In this document: in pieces, positions 18,466 through 26,257 of the stretch
Layout: every line of letters begins with the position of its first letter
Numbering within the stretch: the stretch's first letter is position 1
Assembly (NCBI GenBank): GCA_963716725.1
Contig: CAVQUB010000009.1
Coordinates: 64,001-128,000 of the forward strand
Reading direction: 5' to 3'
Length of the DNA stretch: 64,000 bases
Source: an uncultured delta proteobacterium
Lineage (GTDB): Bacteria > Myxococcota_A > Polyangia > Polyangiales > Polyangiaceae
Position numbers and translations under genes: made by a program
The notes under the pieces: generated by a model
The model's input: the letters and a program-made list of their open reading frames with translations, nothing else
Database searches by the model: none
What the model was told of the DNA's origin: nothing

Positions 18466-19776
18466 TCAACTGCCCAAGCAGCCCAGCGAGATGTTCACCT
18501 TGCTGCCGGGATCGGCCTGGACCTTCGTGCACGAGGCCGGGCAGAGCAAGAGCTTCGATGGCGTGACGGCGTTGTCGTAGTACCAGCCCTCGGACGTGCC
18601 ACAGGCGGTCGCGTCCTTGACGCGCTGAATCACGACGGGCGCCCCGCTGGTTGGCGTCCATTCCAGCTCGACCTTGCTCGGATCGATGATGCCGGCATCG
18701 GTCTTTGGCATCTGATATTCGCAGCCCAGCGTCTTCTTGCGGATGTCGTTCAAGGCCTGGATGAACTGTTGCGTCACGTTGGCTCCGGCACTGACCAGAT
18801 AGGCCTTGGTAGTGCCGCCGGCCGCGGCGATCGCGTTGAGGTTAGTGAGTGAGGTGCCAACGCCGATGACGAAGGTGAGTACCTTCGGGGTGCCCGCTGC
18901 CGCGGAGGAGGCGATCGCGGAGATGGACGGGATGTCCGCCGGCGCGCAGCTGTACGGATCGCCGTCGGTCGCCAGCACGACGACGGTGCTGTGACCCGGG
19001 TGGGAGGACGCCCACGCCTTGGCGTAGCTCACCGCTCCCTGGAGCGCCGGTCCGGTGGGAGTGCCGCCGAAGGGAGTGATGGCATTGATCGAGTTGGTGA
19101 TGGCCGCGACCGCCCCCGGCAGCACGGTGATCGGCACGTCGGGGGTCGAGTAGTGCGTCACCGTGCAGGCGCGGCAGTAGCTGAGCCAGCAGGGCCCGTA
19201 GCCACCGCACTGGCTGTCGTTGCTGCAGGTGCTCGTGTACTGAGCAGGCAACTTGGGGAAGTACTGAATGCCAACGCCGATCCCCGCCGAGGCGGGGTCA
19301 TTCGAAAAGCCGATGATGGCCTTCTTCACGTCGTTCCAGCGGGTGCCGATCATCGACGACGATTTGTCCGTCATGATGTACATGTCGAGAGGGATCAGAT
19401 CGGCCTTGACCACCGTCGCTGCGCAGCTGGCGTCGGGAGTGAATGCGTCGGGTTCGCTCGCGTCGTAGGTGAAGCTCACGTCCGGCATCCCGGCGTCGCT
19501 CGTACCACCGCCTCCGTCGCTCGCGCCCGCGCCGGCGGCACCGCCGCTCGCGCCCGCAGCGCCGCCGTCCGCCGCGGAGCCTCCTGACGCTGAGCTGCCT
19601 CCGGCTGAGCTGCCTCCGGCTGAGCTGCCTCCAGTGGAGCTGCCTCCAGTGGAGCTGCCTCCGGTGGAGCTGCCTCCGCCGCTACCCGAACTGTCTCCGT
19701 TCGAGCCGGCCGAGCAAGCCATCGCCGCCAGCGTTCCGAGAACGAACCACACCGACCGCTTCGCAATCAGGGACAT
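18466..19776 (-). CDS. vWA domain lipoprotein
   Basis: Lipobox AAMAC; MIDAS DKSSS, GGTPTGPAL, VVLATDG, TFVIGVG. Confidence 0.9.
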   Translation of the reverse strand: MSLIAKRSVWFVLGTLAAMACSAGSNGDSSGSGGGSSTGGSSTGGSSTGGSSAGGSSAGGSSASGGSAADGGAAGASGGAAGAGASDGGGGTSDAGMPDVSFTYDASEPDAFTPDASCAATVVKADLIPLDMYIMTDKSSSMIGTRWNDVKKAIIGFSNDPASAGIGVGIQYFPKLPAQYTSTCSNDSQCGGYGPCWLSYCRACTVTHYSTPDVPITVLPGAVAAITNSINAITPFGGTPTGPALQGAVSYAKAWASSHPGHSTVVVLATDGDPYSCAPADIPSISAIASSAAAGTPKVLTFVIGVGTSLTNLNAIAAAGGTTKAYLVSAGANVTQQFIQALNDIRKKTLGCEYQMPKTDAGIIDPSKVELEWTPTSGAPVVIQRVKDATACGTSEGWYYDNAVTPSKLLLCPASCTKVQADPGSKVNISLGCLGS

Positions 19777-20313
19777 GGTTCGGTCATTTCACCTCACTTC
19801 ACGTGACAGGGCAAAGCGCTTCTGCGCGCGCACTCAGACCTACATCTATGTGTCGGCACGCTTGGCCGCAGGTGCCCGTGCTGCCTCGCGGACGTTCGAG
19901 TGCGCGAGCGAGGCAGGCGACGAGGTGTTGATGGCTCCGCCCGCGCATGGCGACAGGCGTTCTCGGACGCGCCCTCGCTGGTCGACGCGCTCGCGTTCAG
20001 CACACCCAGGTTCACCAGCGACGAACGGGTGGCCATCCGCAACGGGGGTATCGGTCGTGCTGCGACACGGCCCCGGACCCGCGGCGCCGCGCTTGACGGT
20101 TTGGGCGCTCGGGCGCATAGTTCGTCCCGTCATGCACGTCTGAGCCGCCGTTTGTTTCGCCGGGGTCTAGGCCCCGAGCAGCAAACGCGCACGCCGATAG
20201 CACCTCAACCCAGCGTTCTCGCGGGTTTCTGCGCATTCTGTCGTTCCACGGGGGTTTCTAGGCGTAGCGCGTAAGACGCGCGCTGCGTCGTCACAAGTTC
20301 TGCGAGGTTCGTT

Positions 20314-21888
20314 GTGTTCCGTCGCGCCTTCGTCGTTGTCGCAGCTGTGCTCTTCGTTGCGTGGCTCGTTGATCTACGTGAGAGGAGCATCCCCCTCGCG
20401 CTGTGGTGGATCGGCGGCGCAGTGCTCGCGCTTGGCGTCCGGGACATGCTGCAGCGGCGCCACGCCTTGCTGCGCAACTACCCGGTGTTCGGGCATTTCC
20501 GCGCGTTCTTCGAGCTAATCCGTCCGGAACTTCGCCAGTATTTCGGCGAGAGCGACACCGACGGAGCGCCGTTCAACCGCGAAGCGCGCTCGCTCGTCTA
20601 CCGGCGCGCCAAGGGCGTGCAAGACACGGTCCCCTTCGGTACCAAGCGCGATGTGTCGGTACCCGGCGTCGAGTGGATCGCGCACTCCATGTACCCGAAG
20701 CCAGCGCCCATGGAGGAATCTCGGGTCTTGATCGGCGCAGGCAGCGCCGCAATGCCCTACTCGGCTTCTCGCTTGAACATCGCGGCGATGAGCTACGGCG
20801 CCCTGAGTGGGACAGCGATTCGTGCGCTCAGTACCGGAGCGCGCTTGGGCGGATTCGCCCACAACACCGGAGAGGGGGGCGTGAGCACGCACCATCTGGA
20901 GGGCGGCGGCGATCTGATCTGGCAGCTCGGCACCTCGTACTTCGGGTGTCGTACTCCTGACGGTCATTTCGATCCGCAGAAGTTCCGCGAACTGGCTCAG
21001 CACCCTCACGTCAAGATGATCGAGGTCAAGCTGTCCCAGGGGGGAAAGCCCGGCTACGGCGGCGTGCTGCCGGCGGCCAAAGTCAGCGCTGAAATCGCGG
21101 CGATTCGCGGCGTGCCCGTCGGAACCCGGGTCGTATCGCCGCCGAGCCACCCTGGCGTCGATTCTGCGCACGACCTGCTGCACTTCGTTCAGCGCCTGCG
21201 AGAGCTCTCGGCCAAGCCCGTTGGCGTCAAGCTCTGCGTCGGCGCCGAGCGCGACGTCGTGGAGTTGGTGGAAGCCATGCGCGCGACCGACATTGCGCTG
21301 GACTACGTGGTCGTGGACGGCTCGGAGGCCGGGACGGGCGCTGCCCCCGTCGAGTTCGCAAATCACGTCGGCGCCCCCCTGGAGCAAGGGCTCGTTCTGG
21401 TCGTCGACGCGCTGGAACGCTTTGGGCTGCGCCACCGCACCAAGGTTTTTGCGTCGGGACGCATCTTGAGCGGTTTCGACATGTTCCGCGCGCTCGCCCT
21501 CGGCGCGGACGGCTGCTTTTCGGGTCGGGGCATGATGTTGGCGCTGGGCTGCCTCCAGGCGTTGCGTTGCAACACCAACGATTGCCCGGTGGGCATCGCG
21601 ACGCAGGACCCCGCACTTGCGGCTGCGCTCGACGTCCCGGACAAGTCGCGGCGCGTACAGCGCTACCATGCGGCAACGCTCGCGAGTCTGCATGCATTGG
21701 TGGGCGCCGTGGGTGCGCGCAGTCCGACCGAACTCACTCGCGGTCACGTGCAGCGAAGGATCTCGCTCACCCAGCGCCCTCTCCCGTTCCCGTGTCCAGC
21801 CCCGCCCACTTGTCCTATGCTGGTCCGAACAATGGCGTCGAACACCACTGACAGCGCCGGCTTGCGCAGCGTCAGCAGGCATCCATGA
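20314..21888 (+). CDS. FMN-binding glutamate synthase family protein
   Basis: AMSYGALS, NTGEGG, IEVKLSQGGKPG, CLQALRCNTNDCPVGIATQ. Confidence 0.92.
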   Translation: MFRRAFVVVAAVLFVAWLVDLRERSIPLALWWIGGAVLALGVRDMLQRRHALLRNYPVFGHFRAFFELIRPELRQYFGESDTDGAPFNREARSLVYRRAKGVQDTVPFGTKRDVSVPGVEWIAHSMYPKPAPMEESRVLIGAGSAAMPYSASRLNIAAMSYGALSGTAIRALSTGARLGGFAHNTGEGGVSTHHLEGGGDLIWQLGTSYFGCRTPDGHFDPQKFRELAQHPHVKMIEVKLSQGGKPGYGGVLPAAKVSAEIAAIRGVPVGTRVVSPPSHPGVDSAHDLLHFVQRLRELSAKPVGVKLCVGAERDVVELVEAMRATDIALDYVVVDGSEAGTGAAPVEFANHVGAPLEQGLVLVVDALERFGLRHRTKVFASGRILSGFDMFRALALGADGCFSGRGMMLALGCLQALRCNTNDCPVGIATQDPALAAALDVPDKSRRVQRYHAATLASLHALVGAVGARSPTELTRGHVQRRISLTQRPLPFPCPAPPTCPMLVRTMASNTTDSAGLRSVSRHP

Positions 21889-22427
21889 CCTCATCTCCGG
21901 ACTTTGCTCAGAGGCTGAGAGTCTGTCGTTGGGGCGCGATTCTGGCCCTCTTCACGATTCTCTTTGGGTTCGCTCTGGGCGGTGTGTTCGGGGCCTTCGA
22001 GGACACACTGAAGGCCGACCTGTCCGCGCTCGCCGAAACCGGGCGGGACAGCGTCTACGGCGGCGACGCCGCGAAGATGAAGAGCGTCGTTGAAAAGAGT
22101 TGGGCTTACTACAAGCGCGCGCATCTGCACGGCGGCGGCATTGGCGCAGCTGCGTTGAGCGCGATTCTCCTCCTCGCGTCCCTGCGCCGGCCAAGAGCCG
22201 TGGCGCGCCGCGGGCTGGCGCTGGCCCTGGGTCTGGGCGGCCTCGGGTACACCACGTTCTGGCTGCTCGCCGCTCGCCGCGCACCTGGATTGGGAAGCAC
22301 CCACGCGGCCAAGGAATCGTTGTCTTGGCTGGCGGTGCCATCCGCAGGGCTGCTTCTGCTCGGACTGACCGCCGTACTGGTGCTGACCGCGATGGAGCTG
22401 TTCGCTCCCGAGCCACCGACTCGATAG
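21885..22427 (+). CDS. Hypothetical integral membrane protein
   Basis: About four hydrophobic helices, RAHLHG motif; ATGA overlap with the upstream gene. Confidence 0.75.
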   Translation: MTSSPDFAQRLRVCRWGAILALFTILFGFALGGVFGAFEDTLKADLSALAETGRDSVYGGDAAKMKSVVEKSWAYYKRAHLHGGGIGAAALSAILLLASLRRPRAVARRGLALALGLGGLGYTTFWLLAARRAPGLGSTHAAKESLSWLAVPSAGLLLLGLTAVLVLTAMELFAPEPPTR

Positions 22428-22454
22428 GCCTACCAAGGGCTCGCGGCGTCGCTG

Positions 22455-23006
22455 TCAGCCCGCCGAGGCACCGGCCGACAGCGAGGGCCTGGCGATGACT
22501 GCGTTCGCGACGCGAATGTCGTCGATGGTGTAGAAGCACTCGGGGTCAACGGCGCGCACGACGCGCACCAGGGCACGTGTTCGGGCACGCCGTAGCTGGA
22601 TGAACAGCATCGACACTTCACCATCTCGGCCCACTCCCTGAAACCGCGTCACTCGATAGTCGTGACTCTGCAGATCGTCGAAGAGCGCGCCGCCCCGTCG
22701 GGTGAAGACACGGACCACCTGATCGCCGAAAGGAAGCCAACGCTGCAGCACCACTCCAACGTAGTTGCCGGTGGCGGCCCCAAGCGCAAACGCGACGCCA
22801 TAGACCGGCTCTCTCTGGATTTGCGCGATGACCGCGGACACGACAAACACCCAGATGCCCACCTCGAGCAGCCCAAAGAGCCAGGCCAGTCCGCGGTGAC
22901 CACTCACCACCGCCACCGTGCGCATCGTTCCGAGTGAAACGTCGGCGACGCGCGCGACGACGATGATTGTGCACCCGATCAAAATGTCCCACGTCATGTT
23001 GCCCAT
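22455..23006 (-). CDS. UPF0316/DUF2179 family membrane protein
   Basis: ARVADVSLGTMRT, GLLEVGIW, ATGNYVG, DPECFYTIDD. Confidence 0.85.
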   Translation of the reverse strand: MGNMTWDILIGCTIIVVARVADVSLGTMRTVAVVSGHRGLAWLFGLLEVGIWVFVVSAVIAQIQREPVYGVAFALGAATGNYVGVVLQRWLPFGDQVVRVFTRRGGALFDDLQSHDYRVTRFQGVGRDGEVSMLFIQLRRARTRALVRVVRAVDPECFYTIDDIRVANAVIARPSLSAGASAG

Positions 23007-23121
23007 TTCCCGTCTTTGTCCTCAACGCGCCGTGATCGATCCACCGGATGCGCTGATTGCTGTGGCATTTCATCGCCTCCAGCGCGCCACTGCCACACCC
23101 ATTTGGCTCGGCCGTCAAACC

Positions 23122-23150
23122 TTGACATCCGCACGGACACTCGCGACATT
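23122..23150 (+). promoter_or_regulatory. sigma70-type promoter of rnk, leaderless geometry
   Basis: TTGACA-17 bp-GACATT, then 6 bp to ATG at 23157. Confidence 0.6.
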
Positions 23151-23156
23151 GTTGCG

Positions 23157-23561
23157 ATGAGCACCCTGCCGCGGATCGTCCTGTCTCGCTTCGATCACAA
23201 GCGACTCGACCAGCTTCTCGAGAAGCTCGGTCCGCGCCCCGAGCTCGACGCGCTGCGCGAGGAGCTGGAGCGAGCCGAGATCGTCGAACCCGAGGCCGTG
23301 CCCAATGATCTCGTAACGATGAACTCGACCGTGCGCTTCACCGACGAGGAGACCGGAAAAGAGAGTGAGATCACGCTGGTCTTCCCCGGCAGTGCAGACG
23401 TCGACCGCCAACGAATCTCGGTGTTTGCTCCGCTAGGGAGTGCCCTGCTCGGCCTGTCCATCGGAGATTCGATCGACTGGCCGGTGCCGAACGGTCGCGC
23501 GCGACGGCTGCGTGTGGTCGGCATCACATACCAGCCGGAGGCTGCTGGCGATCCGATCTGA
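23157..23561 (+). CDS. rnk: Nucleoside diphosphate kinase regulator (GreA/GreB family)
   Basis: EELERAEIV, DLVTMNSTVRF, ISVFAPLGSALLGL, YQPEAAG. Confidence 0.9.
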   Translation: MSTLPRIVLSRFDHKRLDQLLEKLGPRPELDALREELERAEIVEPEAVPNDLVTMNSTVRFTDEETGKESEITLVFPGSADVDRQRISVFAPLGSALLGLSIGDSIDWPVPNGRARRLRVVGITYQPEAAGDPI

Positions 23562-23649
23562 TGGTTGTGCCGTTCGAGCGCTGACGCTTCACCGCCGAAC
23601 CAAGACTGGCCAACCCCGTAGCGCGCAATTTCGGGCGGTTTGCTGGGGA

Positions 23650-24030
23650 CTACGGGCACTCGCACGCGAGCAAGTCCCCGCCCGGCACGACGCCTTGCTT
23701 GCCACACGCAAGATAGAACGGCGCGCTGGTACACATGCCGTCGGAACGGCAAGCGGAGTACATTTCGACACACTGCGTAGGATCGCTCGGCAAAGGGTGG
23801 ATGGCTCGGGGCTTCTCGCCCGGGCGCGGCGGGGGCGGAGCTGGCCTTGCGCTGAATAGAGCAGGCGGGGACACCGTGGACGCTGCGACGGGTGCGCTTG
23901 GTTCAGGGGTGTCGCGAGGTGCCGTCCCGGGTTGGACTGACTTCGCAGACGCCGCAGCCGGCGGTTCGTCACGCGCCTTGCAGGAACAGCACGCGCTCAG
24001 CATCCCGATTAGGGCTATCGCTTTGTGCAC
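23650..24030 (-). CDS. Small Pro/Cys-rich putative lipoprotein
   Basis: GTG start 7 bp after TAGAGT; hydrophobic signal ending LSACC; six-Cys C-terminal domain. Confidence 0.6.
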   Translation of the reverse strand: MHKAIALIGMLSACCSCKARDEPPAAASAKSVQPGTAPRDTPEPSAPVAASTVSPPALFSARPAPPPPRPGEKPRAIHPLPSDPTQCVEMYSACRSDGMCTSAPFYLACGKQGVVPGGDLLACECP

Positions 24031-24188
24031 GGGCCACACTCTACCCCCACTGCATGACTTTGCCGAGTGGCTCCGCGCCTGTTGACGCGCGGCCACGACC
24101 GCCTTGGCCGCTTACAGCCTCGACCCGCGGTCGCCCTGCACGCGAGTCGCCTTGCGCCCCCACCCGCGGAGTGGGAAATTCTCTGCGC

Positions 24189-24420
24189 ATGCCCCGACTC
24201 CGCGTCCCGTTTGCCGCGCTCGCGTTGGTCGGGGCGTGCTCTGGCGCAGATCCATAATCTGGCGCAAACGCCGACGCAGGCGCTGGCGGGAACGACGCGG
24301 ATGGCGGGGAGGTCGCCGACGCTTCGGGTGCTCAACGGGCCGGGCTGCAACTACGCAACGAAAGCCCACGACGTGAAGCACTTCGACTACTCGACGGGGT
24401 TTCGCTGCTGCGCGGACTGA
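24189..24420 (+). pseudogene. Internally deleted remnant of an FGE-sulfatase (SUMF1) domain lipoprotein
   Basis: Signal MPRLRVPFAALALVGAC then stop; another frame ends GPGCNYATKAHDVKHFDYSTGFRCCAD, the typical GFRCC C-terminus of that family. Confidence 0.65.
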
Positions 24421-24465
24421 CGACCATCCCCATGCGGTGCGTTGACGGCGCGCTGGCCCGCCCCG

Positions 24466-24575
24466 GAGTGACCTGCAGCTTTTTCGGGGCTAGACTGCGG
24501 TGCGGAAGGGCGGTTCCCGTGCAGCGCTTCGAGATCCACTGCGTCGGTTGCATCCAGTGAGCGCGCGCCGGCTGC
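24466..24575 (+). pseudogene. Collapsed remnant of a paralogue of the 17222-18439 gene, containing mini-ORF 24519-24560 (M/V)QRFEIHCVGCIQ
   Basis: Three colinear matches to 17169-17237, 18091-18109 and 18421-18454. Confidence 0.75.
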
Positions 24576-25450
24576 GTTGGCTGGAGGTCTCGGCGGACAA
24601 CCGCTGCAACAACCACTGCGTCGGTTGCTACTCGGTATCGGAGGGCGGTCCGAGCATGAGCACGCGGGAAATCGCCGAACACCTGGTCGCGGCGCGGCAG
24701 CGCGGCGCGACGGCTTTCTGGCTGGGCGGCGGCGAACCCACGCTGCGGAGCGACGCCGTGACCGTGGTCAAGATGGCGCGCCGGCTCGGCTACGAACGGG
24801 TGTTGCTCCAGACCAACGGCATGCTGCTAGCGTATCCCGCGGTGGCAGGCCGTTTCGCCGACGCGGGCGTCACCGAGGTGAGCTTTGCGATCAAAGGCGC
24901 CAGCGCAAAAAACCACGACGGCTTGACGCGCACGCCGGGGTGCCACGCGGCAATGGTGAAGGGCATCAGCGAAGTCGCACGCCTCGGGCTGCCGATGGCG
25001 GGAGACATCTTGCTCTACGCGGACACCGTCGGCGAACTGCCGCTGATGGTGCGCACGTACGCGGCGATGGGGCTCGCACGCTTCGCCGTGTCGAGCCTGT
25101 CTTCGGCCCATCAGCGAACCGAGGACGTCTCGGCTCGGGTACCGAGGCTCAGCGACGTCGCGGTGGCGGTTGTGACCGCCATCAACGAAAACGCGGACGT
25201 TGGAGTGACCTCCCTGCACACGCCACCGTGTGTGGTGCCCGAATCGCACTGGGCCGCGCTGTTTCACGCTGCGGATCTCCAGCTCTTGATCGCCAACCCT
25301 GGTGGACAGGGCTTCATGCTCGAAGACTCCCCGCTCGAAGGCGGCACGTATTTGCCCCGCTGCGAGAGCTGCCGGGCGCGACCGCGCTGCGGCGGCCTGC
25401 GGCAGGACTACCTGGCTCAGTTCGGTGATGGTGAGTTCGTGCCTCGCTGA
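24557..25450 (+). CDS. Radical SAM protein with C-terminal CxxCx5C (twitch/SPASM-like) tail
   Basis: CNNHCVGC, GGGEPTL, QTNG, HDGLTRTPG; C-terminal CESCRARPRCGG. Confidence 0.9.
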   Translation: MSARRLRWLEVSADNRCNNHCVGCYSVSEGGPSMSTREIAEHLVAARQRGATAFWLGGGEPTLRSDAVTVVKMARRLGYERVLLQTNGMLLAYPAVAGRFADAGVTEVSFAIKGASAKNHDGLTRTPGCHAAMVKGISEVARLGLPMAGDILLYADTVGELPLMVRTYAAMGLARFAVSSLSSAHQRTEDVSARVPRLSDVAVAVVTAINENADVGVTSLHTPPCVVPESHWAALFHAADLQLLIANPGGQGFMLEDSPLEGGTYLPRCESCRARPRCGGLRQDYLAQFGDGEFVPR

Positions 25451-25493
25451 GTCGAGGTCTGTTGACGCGGGCGGATGCTTCAGTTTCGGGCAC

Positions 25494-26234
25494 CTAGGTG
25501 CACTTGCCCGACGCGCAGTGGCCGGGGACGCCGGCGTCGACCGCGGCCGCGGCCGCGTCGCTCGGTTTGCAGTAGCCGGTCAAGCACTGATCGTCGAACT
25601 TGCAGGCATCTCCGACGCGAAGCGGATTCTTGCAGACTCCCTGCGTGCACGAGAGGCCAGCCTGGCACGCGGGCGCCAGGCCCAGGGTTTGAGCAGCCTT
25701 TGCAGCGCAGGCCTCGCCCACCGTGGGAAGCACGCTGCAGGTGGAGACGGTGTTGAAGTAGGAAGCGCCGCAGTAGGCGTTCGGGCCGCAGCCGTCTGGT
25801 AGCGCGAGGCGGCACGCCGACTGCGCCTTGTCCGCCTTGCAGGTGCCGCCGGACAAGTAGGGCAGTCCCTGAAACTCACAGGCCAACCCCGCCTGGCAGA
25901 GAGACCCGCTCGAGTAGCACGAGAAACCAGCCGCGACGGTGAACATACCGGTCGCGGCCTTGCACGTGCCGGCGACGCAGAGGGTCCCCGGCTCGCAGTC
26001 GGGTGTAGTGCCAAAGCCGCAGCTGCTGTCTTTCTGGACGTAGGGCTGACACGTGCCCATCGGCGTCGTCCCCGCATCCGAGGCACCCGCGTCGAGCGAG
26101 ACAGGAATGAAGCAGGTCAACCCCACGCCGCACAAGGTCGAGTCGGCGCACGGAGCGTTCGTCCCAAGGAGAGCCGTACACTTGCCGGGACACTGGGCTG
26201 CCGTGTCGGAAGAGACTTGGCTTCCCGCCCTCAC
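25494..26234 (-). pseudogene. Cys-rich (EB/Dickkopf-like repeat) protein, apparently 5'-truncated
   Basis: Dense C-x-x-GL-x-C repeats; no signal peptide; only 23 bp from the divergent gene start at 26258. Confidence 0.6.
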
Positions 26235-26257
26235 ACAAATGTGGGATCCGGGACCCG

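Noticed and set aside
19790..20300. Short ORFs or an ncRNA in the 0.5-kb divergent intergenic region
   Set aside because: No ORF has a recognisable motif or convincing start, and I saw no recognisable RNA motif; it may be decayed sequence
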